From Phycisphaerales bacterium (GTDB lineage Bacteria; Planctomycetota; Phycisphaerae; SM23-33): a stretch of DNA of 64,000 nucleotides. Made by a program: the position numbers and the translations under genes. The stretch covers positions 148,238 through 212,237 of the forward strand of contig JABGPZ010000069.1 in the NCBI GenBank assembly GCA_018644725.1, given 5' to 3'. A model generated the notes under the pieces. It was not told where the DNA came from. It saw only the letters and a program-made list of their open reading frames with translations, and did no database searches. Positions within the stretch are counted from its first letter, which is position 1, and each line of letters opens with the position of its first letter. Below are positions 21,933 through 31,752 of the stretch, piece by piece.

Positions 21933-24173
21933 TTACGCGCCGGTGAAGATGTGGAAGACTTCGTCGGCGGAGGTTGCGGCGAGGATTTTTTCGCGGCCTG
22001 CCTCGTCGAGGACGGTTGAGATCGTGGACATGAACTGGACGTGCGGGGCGGGTTTGTGTTCCGGCGAGAGGGTGAGCACGAAGATCGTCGAGGGTTGCTG
22101 GTCGAGTGCGGCGAAGTCGATGCCGTCGGGCTTGATGCCGACAACGCAGACGAGCGTGTCGACCGCGTCGGTGCGGCCATGGGGAATCGCCACACCAAAT
22201 TGCATGCCGGTGGTCATCGATTCTTCGCGTTCGCGCACGGCGGTCAAAACGGTGTCACGGCTGGTGGTTTCAACCTGGCCAGTGGCGATCAGCAGGTCCA
22301 CGAGTTCCACGAGCACTTCGTCCTTGGTCGTCGCGGCGAGGTTGGGCTTGATGAATCGCGGCTGGAGATAGTGGCGCAGCTGGCGGGTCTGCTCGTTGTC
22401 GCAGGTCGCCGAACCCAGTGAGCCGCTTTGAAGCTCGCTCGAGTCGAACGGTTTGCGGAGGTTCTTCACCGCGTGTTCCACGTCGGCGGTGGCTTCGAGC
22501 ATGGCCGCGCGAATAAAGCGCACACAGCGGTTGGGGCAGGTGAAATTCAGCTCGGTCCCCATCGCGGTAAACTCGATGACGTCGGCGTCTTTGCGCAGTT
22601 GCCACAGGCGTTGCTTGCGGTTGAGCAGGTGGCAGAAAAAGCCCTCGTGCTCGAAGATGTGGGTGAGGCGCGTGACGAAGAATTCGATCATCGGGATCGA
22701 AGGGAACTCGAAGTTCAGCTCGGCCTCGTCGGCGTCGTGGGCGGTTTCCTTGCGGGTGCCGCGCTTGGGGCTTTTGAACAGGCCCACCAGCACGGGCGGG
22801 GCGAGGACGGTGTTGATGACGACCATGATGATGACGGCCGCGAACAGTTCCGGATCGAGGATTTTCTTGGACAGGCCGATCGACGCGACGATCAGGCCGA
22901 CTTCGCCGCGAGGCGCCATGCCGAAGCCCACGCGCATCGCGCCGCGGAAATTGAAGTTCGCCAGCATCGCCGGCAACCCGCAGCCGAAGACTTTCGCGAT
23001 CAGCGCCAGCGCCGTGTAGACCCCGCCGAACGCAAGGACCCTTGGGTCGGTCATCGCCGTGAGGTCGATCATCATGCCCGTGACGCAGAAGAACACCGGC
23101 ACGAGGAGGGTGTAGATGGAGTGGATTTTCTCGCGGACGACGTGGGAGATGTCCGCCTGGGAGAGCGACAGGCCCATGACATACGCGCCGATGATCATCG
23201 CCAGGCCCGCTTCTTCGAAGAGCCCCGCGAGGATCAGCGCCATGCCAAACGCCATCACGGCGATGGAGGTGCGCTCGCCGAAATACTTCAGCAGGACCGA
23301 GATTTTTCGCGATGCGGCGATGCCGATCACTGTCGCGACCAGCCAGACCCCAACGGCCTTGGCGCCGATGGTTCCGATATGGCCCCAGTTGACAGCCGTC
23401 GAGCCGCCGGTTGCTTCGGCGGCCTGCTGGGATTGGGCGATGCCCGCGACGATGGCGAGCATGATGATGCCGATTACGTCGTCGATGACGGCCGCAGAGA
23501 GAATCGTCACGCCTTCAGGACTGTCGAGTTTGCGCTTCTCGCTGAGGATCCGCGCGGTGATGCCGACCGAGGTGGCCGTCGAGACCACACCCATGAACAG
23601 GCATTTGTAGTGGAAAAAGCCGACCTGCTCGTTGAGCATGGACTCGCTGAAGAGCCACATTGCAGCCATCCCCAGCGCGAACGATGCGACGACCCCGCCG
23701 ATGCCGACGAGCGACCCGGCGAAGGAATAGCGGATCAGCAGCTTGAGGTCGGTTTCGAGCCCGACGTCGAAGAGTAGCACGATCGAGGCAATCGTCGCGA
23801 TTCCGGTGAGTTCGGGGCTGACGGCCTGGACCGCCGAGAACGGTGCGAAGAGCCCGCCCGCAAAGCCCGGCAGCGCCACTTGTCCCAGTGCGAACGGGCC
23901 GATGACCATCCCCGCGCACAGCTCGCCCAGCACGCCGGGCATTTTGAAGCGCTCAAAGAGCATGTTGAAAAATTTCGCAGCGAAGATGATCGCGCCGAAC
24001 TGAATCGAGAGCATCATCATGCGGTGGATCATGTCGATCTCACCGGGGGCCTTGGCATCGCCAGATCCCAGCGCGTTGGCGCAGCACACCAACAGCGCGG
24101 CGAGCGTGAACTTACTGCTCGGCAAAAAGCGGTTTTTGCGTGTGCGGAAGGATAGCGGGGCTTGGGTTTTCAT
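21933..24173 (-). CDS. Cation:proton antiporter (CPA2) fused to a C-terminal PTS EIIA domain
   Basis: PGVLGEL, GLETD, ATSVGIT, AVIDD, PRGEVG in the membrane part; REESMTTG...VAIPHGRT in EIIA; start uncertain. Confidence 0.9.
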   Translation of the reverse strand: MKTQAPLSFRTRKNRFLPSSKFTLAALLVCCANALGSGDAKAPGEIDMIHRMMMLSIQFGAIIFAAKFFNMLFERFKMPGVLGELCAGMVIGPFALGQVALPGFAGGLFAPFSAVQAVSPELTGIATIASIVLLFDVGLETDLKLLIRYSFAGSLVGIGGVVASFALGMAAMWLFSESMLNEQVGFFHYKCLFMGVVSTATSVGITARILSEKRKLDSPEGVTILSAAVIDDVIGIIMLAIVAGIAQSQQAAEATGGSTAVNWGHIGTIGAKAVGVWLVATVIGIAASRKISVLLKYFGERTSIAVMAFGMALILAGLFEEAGLAMIIGAYVMGLSLSQADISHVVREKIHSIYTLLVPVFFCVTGMMIDLTAMTDPRVLAFGGVYTALALIAKVFGCGLPAMLANFNFRGAMRVGFGMAPRGEVGLIVASIGLSKKILDPELFAAVIIMVVINTVLAPPVLVGLFKSPKRGTRKETAHDADEAELNFEFPSIPMIEFFVTRLTHIFEHEGFFCHLLNRKQRLWQLRKDADVIEFTAMGTELNFTCPNRCVRFIRAAMLEATADVEHAVKNLRKPFDSSELQSGSLGSATCDNEQTRQLRHYLQPRFIKPNLAATTKDEVLVELVDLLIATGQVETTSRDTVLTAVREREESMTTGMQFGVAIPHGRTDAVDTLVCVVGIKPDGIDFAALDQQPSTIFVLTLSPEHKPAPHVQFMSTISTVLDEAGREKILAATSADEVFHIFTGA

Positions 24174-24375
24174 TCGTGTTATCCAGTCGGGCGGTCAGGG
24201 GCCGTGTCGGTCCAGTGTAGGTCCTGTGCATCGTTCGGGCAAAAAATTACAAGGCGGAACTATACCGACCTTCCCTCCAGTTGTAAAGAAAAAAACTTGT
24301 TAGCCGTGCATAAAATCGCGCGATTTGAAGATGATCATTGCAAAAAAACGCATTCTCTGCTATAGTCCCGCCACT

Positions 24376-25776
24376 ATGAGTTTACCAGTCGTCGCCATTG
24401 TGGGCCGCCCGAACGTAGGCAAGAGCAGTTTGCTCAATTGCCTCGCCGGCCGGCGAATTTCGATTGTGGATCCGACCCCCGGGGTAACCCGTGACCGGAT
24501 CTCGTTTCCGTTGTGCATTGGCGAGGGCGAGGACGCGCCGTATGTCGAAGTGGTCGACACAGGCGGCATCGGCATTGTCGACTGCCACAGCCTCGAAGAG
24601 AACGTCGAAGAGCAGATCGATTTCGGTATTGAAGATGCCGACGTGATCCTGTTCGTGGTGGACGCGCGCGAAGGCGTTCAGCCGCTGGACAAGGAAGTTG
24701 CCGACCGACTGCGCCGCCTCGAAACGCCGGTGATTCTGCTGGCAAACAAAATTGACGAAGCGCGCCTCTTTGGCGAGATTGGCGAGCTGAACTCGCTCGG
24801 CTTTGGCGAGCCGCACCCCATCAGCGCCCACCATGCGCGCGGGATGCACGCGTTGCTGGACATGCTCCGCGACGCCGTGAGCCACTTGCCGCCCGCCCAG
24901 CCCGAAGCCGAGGGCATCAAGCTCGCGATCATCGGTAAGCGCAACGCCGGCAAGAGCACGCTCACCAACGCCCTCGCGGGTGAGGATCGCGTGATCGTTT
25001 CGTCCACGCCCGGCACGACGCGCGACAGCGTCGACGTGAAACTCGAAATTGACGGTCAGCGCCTGACGCTGATCGACACCGCCGGCGTGAAACGCAACCG
25101 CTCGCTGAATGATGACATTGAATGGTATTCCCAGCACCGCGCCCTGCGGAGCGTTCGCCGCGCGGATGTGACGGCGTTTATGATCGACGCGTCGCTGCCG
25201 GTGAGCCAACTTGACAAGACCCTCGCGGCTGTGATTCAGGAAGAATTCAAGCCCGTGATTTTCGTGATCAACAAGTGGGACCTCGCGCGGGACGTCGCCG
25301 ATCCGGATGACTATCTCGAATACATTGAACGCGAGTTCCAGCAGCTGACCTTCGCGCCGATCCTGTTTGTTTCGGCCACGGAAGGGCTCAACGTCAAAGC
25401 ACTGGTGACCCTCGCCGCACAGGTTCACGCCCAGGCCAGCACGCGCGTGGGCACTGGCGAACTGAATCAGATTGTCGGCTCGATCATCGAGCGGCGCGGC
25501 CCGAGCCACAAGGCCGGCACGAAACCGCCGAAGGTGTTCTACGCCTCGCAGGTCAGCACCAATCCGCCGACAATCGTGCTGATGGTCAACGCGACCGAGA
25601 GCTTCGACAACAATTATGAGCGATTCCTGCTCAACCGATTCCACGAAGTGATGCCGTTTTCCGAAGTGCCGATCCGTCTTCTGTTGCGCGGCAAGGGCAA
25701 ATGGTCCGAACGTCGCGGTACGCGCCTCGGCAAAGGCAAAAACCCCGATGGCGAAGACCAACAAACCGACGAGTAA
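24376..25776 (+). CDS. der: Ribosome biogenesis GTPase Der (EngA)
   Basis: Two G-domains: GRPNVGKS/DTGG/NKID and GKRNAGKS/DTAG/NKWD, plus KH-like C-terminus. Confidence 0.97.
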   Translation: MSLPVVAIVGRPNVGKSSLLNCLAGRRISIVDPTPGVTRDRISFPLCIGEGEDAPYVEVVDTGGIGIVDCHSLEENVEEQIDFGIEDADVILFVVDAREGVQPLDKEVADRLRRLETPVILLANKIDEARLFGEIGELNSLGFGEPHPISAHHARGMHALLDMLRDAVSHLPPAQPEAEGIKLAIIGKRNAGKSTLTNALAGEDRVIVSSTPGTTRDSVDVKLEIDGQRLTLIDTAGVKRNRSLNDDIEWYSQHRALRSVRRADVTAFMIDASLPVSQLDKTLAAVIQEEFKPVIFVINKWDLARDVADPDDYLEYIEREFQQLTFAPILFVSATEGLNVKALVTLAAQVHAQASTRVGTGELNQIVGSIIERRGPSHKAGTKPPKVFYASQVSTNPPTIVLMVNATESFDNNYERFLLNRFHEVMPFSEVPIRLLLRGKGKWSERRGTRLGKGKNPDGEDQQTDE

Positions 25777-25790
25777 CATCAAATATAATA

Positions 25791-25820
25791 AAAGCCCTGC
25801 GTCACCGCGGGGCTTTTTTT
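25791..25820. terminator. Bidirectional terminator
   Basis: aaagccctgcg...cgcggggc-T7. Confidence 0.8.
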
Positions 25821-25851
25821 ATTCCACAAGAACAATACGGTCGGGAGTGTG

Positions 25852-26706
25852 TCAGAGTTTCCGATTTTCGTCGTGAATCGTGAAGGAATGATCTAGAAAT
25901 TCAGGGCTGGACATGGCGTGTTGTTTGTCGAGATCGTCTTGAAGTGTTTGCGCGTGGCGTAGCAGTCTGATTCCCAGGGTAAATTGGGAGGCCCACAGGA
26001 CAATAACGAACGCGATGAGGCCGGGCATGTTCAGAACTTTAATGGCGGCCCAAGCAAGACATACGAAAACGGGGAGTCCAAGAATTGAGTTTCGTATCAG
26101 TTTCCATCCTCGACGGTGTGTGGCCAAGACATGATTTTGTTCTGCAAGGGGGGTGGTTTCGTGTTCTGTTATATGCACCTCGCCCTCAGAGTCTGTAAGG
26201 GCGGCATGTTGGCAAACGCCCCGAAGAGTTTCGATGCAGTGATCATATCCCGTGGCCATGCGAATTCGGGTAGAGGTGTTTCGGGTCTGAATCACGAAGA
26301 AGATGCGGCCGGGTTGTTCGACAATTCCGCAAACATCTTCCGTGCGGATACGCGTTTGGCCAATGCCTTTGTTTTGAATAATTTCGTTGGGAGTGATTGT
26401 GAGTGAAAAATCAAAGCATTTGCGTTTGCACCACCAAGTCACTCCTCCTCCAATTAGAAGCGCCACGCCAATAAGAATCAAAAAGGAATCATCAGCGATA
26501 GACCATGAATAGAAACCAGCTAGGAAGTGGAATAAGCATGTGGCGAGTATGGATGTCAGCAGAAAAACGATAGGGAGGATCAGCATCACAAGGGCTCCTC
26601 CTTGCATTGCTATTTGGGTGTGGTAGATTACGTCGTCTGCGACTTTGGGCTGGATATTATCTTCTGAATTTTGAAGACAGGAACCAACGTTATCGGGTTC
26701 TATCAT
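25852..26706 (-). CDS. Hypothetical membrane protein
   Basis: 284-aa ORF with about four hydrophobic segments; GGAG RBS; visibly lower GC than neighbours. Confidence 0.65.
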   Translation of the reverse strand: MIEPDNVGSCLQNSEDNIQPKVADDVIYHTQIAMQGGALVMLILPIVFLLTSILATCLFHFLAGFYSWSIADDSFLILIGVALLIGGGVTWWCKRKCFDFSLTITPNEIIQNKGIGQTRIRTEDVCGIVEQPGRIFFVIQTRNTSTRIRMATGYDHCIETLRGVCQHAALTDSEGEVHITEHETTPLAEQNHVLATHRRGWKLIRNSILGLPVFVCLAWAAIKVLNMPGLIAFVIVLWASQFTLGIRLLRHAQTLQDDLDKQHAMSSPEFLDHSFTIHDENRKL

Positions 26707-26729
26707 TGGGTACTCCGCGTTGCGTGGAA

Positions 26730-27638
26730 TTACTTCGTATTATTTATCGTGACAGGTTCGACTATAACATCCGCGTCATCGTCTTCCGCGTCATCGTCTT
26801 CGTCGTCCTGTTCTTCGTCGGTGGCGGGTTTGGGCGGGGCGATGGTTTCGAGGCATTCGCCGGAGCGGAGGTTCCAGGTTTTCTGCTCGCCGTCTTCGGT
26901 TTTGCTGATGAGCTGTTTTCCGTCGAGGCGGATCGAGAGGACCCACACGGGCAAAAGATGCCCGGCGTAGGTGCGCAGGCATTGGCCGGTATCGAGATCC
27001 CAGAGTTTGATGCTGCCGTCAACGCTTGCGGACATCGCGCGCTGGTGATCGGGCATGAACGCGACGGCCGAGACCGCAGCGTCGTGGCCCGTGAACGTCG
27101 TGGCGCATTCGCCGGTCTCCACGTTCCACAGTTTCATCGTCTTGTCCCAGCTCCCCGACAGCACGCGTCCATTATGGTCGCACGCGGCGACGGACGTGAC
27201 CCAGTCGCGATGGCCGTCAAGTTTACGGTTGGGCGCGGAGTTGCCGTCAGTGGTCACGCTCAGCGTGTTGTGGTCGGCGGAAATATTGATCTGCCCGTTG
27301 GGGCTGGCGGCGGTGGCGCGGATATGGCCCGACGCGGCATGGCTGCACAGTAGATCGCGCGCACGGTTGGCGGTGGCGGGCTCGGGTGTGGTCCGCACGA
27401 GCTGGCGGATTTGCACGAGCAGATCGTCGACGGCGGCGGTCTGTTCGGCGTTACGGTAACAGGGGTTGGCGGGGAATTCGCCGAGTTCGGCGGCGAGCTG
27501 TTGAAGGTCGGACTGCTTTTCCTCGGCGATGGCGGCGATGATCAGCCCGGCGGCCGCGATGATGCAGCCGCCAACGTTGCAAACGGCGAGCGTACCGACG
27601 AGAATCAGTGTCGCAAAGAACGATTTGGAGGAGGTCAT
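26730..27638 (-). CDS. WD40-repeat protein, possible lipoprotein, with acidic tail
   Basis: GHRDWVTSV...SGSWDKTMKLWN, GHDAAV...SASVDGSIKLWD, GH...KTWN repeats; start set at MTSSKS because a TTGACA-17-TAGAGT promoter lies at 27695-27723. Confidence 0.8.
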   Translation of the reverse strand: MTSSKSFFATLILVGTLAVCNVGGCIIAAAGLIIAAIAEEKQSDLQQLAAELGEFPANPCYRNAEQTAAVDDLLVQIRQLVRTTPEPATANRARDLLCSHAASGHIRATAASPNGQINISADHNTLSVTTDGNSAPNRKLDGHRDWVTSVAACDHNGRVLSGSWDKTMKLWNVETGECATTFTGHDAAVSAVAFMPDHQRAMSASVDGSIKLWDLDTGQCLRTYAGHLLPVWVLSIRLDGKQLISKTEDGEQKTWNLRSGECLETIAPPKPATDEEQDDEDDDAEDDDADVIVEPVTINNTK

Positions 27639-27782
27639 GGTCTGCTTTCGAGAATCGATGGAGTAGACGCGGCGCACTTGGCCACGGACCATTTACTCTA
27701 CAGTGAACCGCGCGGCCTGTCAAGACAAACGCCCGACGAACCGGCCGATTCGTCGAGCGTTGCACGGGGGATGGGATTGGTG

Positions 27783-28328
27783 TTAGCGCCGATGTGTCGA
27801 GCTGCGCGAGCTATGGCGCGTCGAGGTCGGCGGACGGTGTGAGGTTGTGCCACTGCGGTGTGAGGTTGGCGGACGGTGCGAGGTTGTGCCACTGCGGTGC
27901 GAAGTTGTGCCACTGCGGTGCGAGGTCGTGGTGCGGTTGCGTTGCCACGGCGAACTCGCGGACGGCCCTTGCCGCCAGGGCGAAGTGCTGCGTGTGGTCA
28001 CTGGTGAGGATCGATGATGCGACGTCGGCTTGTGATATGACGTCGGTTTGTGATGGCTGGGTTTGTGATATGATGTCGGTTTGTAGTGGCTCGATTTGTG
28101 ATAGCTGGGTTTGTTGTGGGAGACGATCACGCGCGGGGTGGAATAGCCGCTATGGTAGACCGTCGGGCGGTAGTAGGCGTGGCCCCAGTCATAGCCTGCC
28201 GAGACCGTCACGCGTGGGCGATGATAGCGCGAGTGGCGCACGCTGGCATGGGCGAAATCGCAACCCGAGGCCATCAGCAACGCGGCCGCGACCAGTCCGA
28301 ATGTGAGGGTGTGCTTGAGGTGGGTCAT
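27783..28328 (-). CDS. His/Ser/Thr-rich low-complexity putative lipoprotein
   Basis: AAGGAG RBS, signal peptide with LMASGC lipobox, HKP(T/S)S(Y/H) and TSHRSG/TSHRPP repeats. Confidence 0.7.
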   Translation of the reverse strand: MTHLKHTLTFGLVAAALLMASGCDFAHASVRHSRYHRPRVTVSAGYDWGHAYYRPTVYHSGYSTPRVIVSHNKPSYHKSSHYKPTSYHKPSHHKPTSYHKPTSHHRSSPVTTRSTSPWRQGPSASSPWQRNRTTTSHRSGTTSHRSGTTSHRPPTSHRSGTTSHRPPTSTRHSSRSSTHRR

Positions 28329-28575
28329 GGTATTCTCCTTATTCTTTGTGGTTCTTCATTGCCTCATTCTATGGGGGCTAACGGGAAGGAGACAACTCCT
28401 ATTTCGATAAAATCAAAAATTTATTTTAAAAGTCGGTTTGAATAGTAACATTGGAGATGGGTTTGGAAACGGAACATTGGCTTGGGGAAATAGGCGATTA
28501 TCTCTGGTGGCGGAGCGAGAATAATTATTAGCGTATAATTAAGATTAATTTTTTAAGAATTTCAGTATATTCTTA

Positions 28576-28603
28576 TTGTAAAGTACGATGTTTTTGGTAT
28601 AAT
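28576..28603 (+). promoter_or_regulatory. Sigma70-type promoter for PEP-CTERM gene 1
   Basis: TTGTAA-16 bp-TATAAT with TGn extension, in an AT-rich intergenic region. Confidence 0.6.
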
Positions 28604-28657
28604 GAGGGCGAAGGTTAATTCAGACTATTGGATACGACCCTGCAGAAAGGATGCACC

Positions 28658-29485
28658 ATGAAGAATACACAACTGATCTCGCTTGCAACGTTACTGCTGT
28701 GCGCTACGGTTTCGTTGGCAAAGCCTCCAAAGAAACCTAAGGATCCGCCAGTGACACCGCCCACAGGGGATGGACTGATTCTCAAAGAGACGATCAAGTC
28801 CGGCTATGGTGACTATACTGGAACCGCGACCCTCGGTGGAATCTATACCCAGACGTTGGACCACATCGGGCCAACCCACCTTCACTTCAAGAAAGATTCC
28901 TACACGGGCCCGCTTTCCGAGGCGGCCTATGGCGATGGACACCATGTGGATCTGTTTACGGCGGGGATTTTTCAAGAGACCTACGAGACGGACATCGCTT
29001 ATGACGTGACGGCCTTGTCGGCCGGTCCGGTGGGCGGGGTAGAGAATGCTGCTTTGTTCCCCACGGGAATGGGCCAAGTCAAGGCCGATGCCTTGGGGAA
29101 ACTCTTCGGACTTTACTCGGCCGAAGCGGTTGCGCCAAAATCCGGCGACAGCACCGACCAAACGGCGGCATTCCAAGCGGCCGTCTGGGAAATTATTCAC
29201 GAAACGTCTGGCACCTATGGTCTTGGCGATGGCGAATTCCAGATCGCCGGTACCGGGGACTGGATGGACCTGGCGGACCACTATCTCTCGACGTTCGAGC
29301 AGGCCACCATCGCGGGTGAGTTGATGTTGCTTTCCAACGAGACCTATCAGGATTACATTGTGATGGGCGGTCAAGTGGCGGTCGAAGCGCCGTCGGCCCC
29401 GGCCGTGCCCGAACCAATCACGCTCGCATCGCTAGGGTTGTGCTTTCTTGGCGCGGGAGGTTACCTCCGCCGCCGGCTGACATAA
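28658..29485 (+). CDS. PEP-CTERM sorting domain protein (paralogue 1)
   Basis: Signal peptide; AAFQAAVWEI; C-terminal VPEP + transmembrane helix + RRR. Confidence 0.88.
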   Translation: MKNTQLISLATLLLCATVSLAKPPKKPKDPPVTPPTGDGLILKETIKSGYGDYTGTATLGGIYTQTLDHIGPTHLHFKKDSYTGPLSEAAYGDGHHVDLFTAGIFQETYETDIAYDVTALSAGPVGGVENAALFPTGMGQVKADALGKLFGLYSAEAVAPKSGDSTDQTAAFQAAVWEIIHETSGTYGLGDGEFQIAGTGDWMDLADHYLSTFEQATIAGELMLLSNETYQDYIVMGGQVAVEAPSAPAVPEPITLASLGLCFLGAGGYLRRRLT

Positions 29486-29503
29486 CCGTTGCAATGATGG
29501 GAC

Positions 29504-29533
29504 AAAACCGCAGGCTTGCCCTGCGGTTTTTTT
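29504..29533. terminator. Bidirectional terminator
   Basis: aaaaccgcagg...cctgcgg-T7. Confidence 0.8.
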
Positions 29534-29575
29534 GTGGTCAGACGAGTTCCGCCGAAGAACAAATTGGGCGAGTAC

Positions 29576-30517
29576 CTAGCCTCGCGGGTGAAATTTTTGG
29601 TGAATACTTTGGAGTCGTTTGGCATCGACGTGGGTGTAGATTTGGGTGGTGGCGACTGAAGCGTGCCCGAGCATGTCCTGGACACTGCGCAGGTCGGCGC
29701 CGCCGGCGAGGAGGCTGGTTGCGAAGCTATGGCGGAGAGTGTGGGGCGAGACCGATTTGACGATGCCGATCCGCTGTGCGTATCTCTTTACCATTGTGTA
29801 GACTGCAGTGCGGTGGAACGCTTTTCCGCGGTTGGACAGGAAAAGACGGTCCGGACTGACGGGCGTTTTCAGGCGCCGGTAGTCGCTTTCGAGATAATCG
29901 TTGACGGCCTGGACTGCCCGCGGCGCGACGGGAATCAGCCGTTCTTTGTTGCCTTTGCCGAGTACGCGGAGCAGCCCGTCGGTTTCGTCGAGGGCGCGGC
30001 GGGGAAGGTTGACCAGTTCGCTTACGCGCAGGCCCGTTGCATAAAAGAGGATCAGGATCGTCCGATCGCGCGTGGAAAATGGGTCCAGCTCGTTGTTGGG
30101 TGCGGCGAGCAGGTCGCGCAATTCGGTCTCGTTGAGTACCGTCGGCAGATAGCGTCCGCGCTTGGGCAGGTCGATGCTCGCGGATACGTCGCGGTCCTGA
30201 AGGTTTTGCAATACCAGAAATCGGCAGAACATACGAACCGATGCGAGGACGCGGGAAATCGTGGACACTTGCCAATCGCTCTGGGTGCGGATGTGGTGGA
30301 GGAAGGCTTCGACATCGGTCGCGCAGAGTTTGCGCAGATCACAACGGCCTCGCTCGTGGAGACATCCCAAGAACGTCAGCAGGTCGCCACGATAGGCGAT
30401 GCGGGTATTCTGCGAGCGGCCACACTCGATCAAAAGATAATCGAGAAATTCACGCAGCCAGCGGACCGCTTCAGACGGCAAATCGCAGAGGTCGGCTCTG
30501 GGAGGTAGTGTGGGCAT
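29576..30517 (-). CDS. xerD: Tyrosine recombinase XerD
   Basis: TGLRVSEL, GKGNKER, HTLRHSFAT, LGHASVATTQIYTHV, FHPRG terminus; start approximate. Confidence 0.88.
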   Translation of the reverse strand: MPTLPPRADLCDLPSEAVRWLREFLDYLLIECGRSQNTRIAYRGDLLTFLGCLHERGRCDLRKLCATDVEAFLHHIRTQSDWQVSTISRVLASVRMFCRFLVLQNLQDRDVSASIDLPKRGRYLPTVLNETELRDLLAAPNNELDPFSTRDRTILILFYATGLRVSELVNLPRRALDETDGLLRVLGKGNKERLIPVAPRAVQAVNDYLESDYRRLKTPVSPDRLFLSNRGKAFHRTAVYTMVKRYAQRIGIVKSVSPHTLRHSFATSLLAGGADLRSVQDMLGHASVATTQIYTHVDAKRLQSIHQKFHPRG

Positions 30518-30656
30518 GGTGGGGTTTGGCAAAGGCCTGGCGGTAGTGGCGGCATTGCTTATAGCAATCGCCGCAGCGGGTCATGACGTGGGTGAGATTG
30601 CGGAGGGTGATCTTCCCCGCGCAAGCCGAAGTGGGGTGTTCCAGGAAGGGGCACAT
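30471..30656 (-). CDS. Small Cys-rich protein (61 aa) upstream of xerD
   Basis: AAGGAG RBS 9 nt upstream; MCPFLEHPTSAC...RCGDCYKQCRHY. Confidence 0.55.
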   Translation of the reverse strand: MCPFLEHPTSACAGKITLRNLTHVMTRCGDCYKQCRHYRQAFAKPHHAHTTSQSRPLRFAV

Positions 30657-30846
30657 GAATCCATTCTCCTTTGGCTGGTGGAAATCCGTTCCATCCCTTT
30701 TATCGGCGATTTTCACCCTCACTCATGAGGATTAATTCTATTTCTCAACTGGCGGGTTGGATCAATTGTATGGTGGAGGATTGGATTTTGCAGATCGCGG
30801 GGGGAGAAATAGTGATTAATTTCCGAAAAAAAATAATGAATCTTTC

Positions 30847-30874
30847 TTGAAATCCCGATAAATTGGGATAGAAT
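30847..30874 (+). promoter_or_regulatory. Sigma70-type promoter for PEP-CTERM gene 2
   Basis: TTGAAA-16 bp-TAGAAT; the spacer contains the imperfect palindrome atcccgat-aa-attgggat. Confidence 0.5.
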
Positions 30875-30932
30875 GCAAATGTATTCCAGATCACAAGGCC
30901 CTTGGGCCTTTCTGGGAAAGAGGACAAAAACC

Positions 30933-31730
30933 ATGCGAATTCAAAATCCCATCCTGATGCTTGTGACGCTGCTGCTGGCAAGTACGGCGGTTTTTGCTGC
31001 GCCTGGTGGTAACAGCGGAGCCGACGGTGTGTCTCTCAAGTACGTCCCGGGTAGCAAGTTCAATGGAAAAGTCTATGTCAACGGCCAGACCTATGCCCAC
31101 GAGTTCGGCTACTTCGGCCCGATTCACATCCAGTTCAAAAATAATTCCTACACGGGCCCGCTTGCCGAGGCCGTCTACAATCAGGCCGACAGCAAGCGGC
31201 ATCTGAACGTTTTCGCGGCTGGGCTCTTCCAGCCTGCGCGCGAGTCGATGCAATTCTACACTATGCTCGACGTGGCCGATGGGCCGCTCGGTGGACCAGA
31301 AAACGCGACCCTGTTGCCCAATGGCATGGGCCCCGAAAAAGCACTCGCACTCGACAAACTGTTCGGGATGTATTACCCCGAGACCATCACTCACGAAGAC
31401 CCCGCTCACGGCGCGGCGTTCCAGGCTGCAATTTGGGAAATCATCTACGAAACCTCCGGCGAGTACAACGTCGGCGATGGTGACTTCATCATCGACGCCG
31501 AAGGCGAAGGCGACTGGTGGAATCTCGCGAACTACTATCTCGCGACCTACGAGGAAGCGACCCAACTGGCGAATCTGATGATCCTCACCAACGATACCTA
31601 TCAGGATTATATCGTCATGGGCACCGGCCAGAAAACGCCCATCACGCCCGTGCCCGAGCCGATCACGCTCGCTGGCCTGGGGCTGTGCGTTCTCGGCGCA
31701 AGTGGATATCTCCGCCGCCGGATGAGCTAG
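30933..31730 (+). CDS. PEP-CTERM sorting domain protein (paralogue 2)
   Basis: Signal peptide; AAFQAAIWEI; VPEP + transmembrane helix + RRR; clear similarity to 28658-29485. Confidence 0.88.
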   Translation: MRIQNPILMLVTLLLASTAVFAAPGGNSGADGVSLKYVPGSKFNGKVYVNGQTYAHEFGYFGPIHIQFKNNSYTGPLAEAVYNQADSKRHLNVFAAGLFQPARESMQFYTMLDVADGPLGGPENATLLPNGMGPEKALALDKLFGMYYPETITHEDPAHGAAFQAAIWEIIYETSGEYNVGDGDFIIDAEGEGDWWNLANYYLATYEEATQLANLMILTNDTYQDYIVMGTGQKTPITPVPEPITLAGLGLCVLGASGYLRRRMS

Positions 31731-31752
31731 ACAAACATTCTGCACACGTCAC

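Noticed and set aside
29576..30517. Integron integrase or prophage integrase
   Set aside because: XerD-like length and FHPR terminus, no IntI-specific insertion, and no attC array or phage genes
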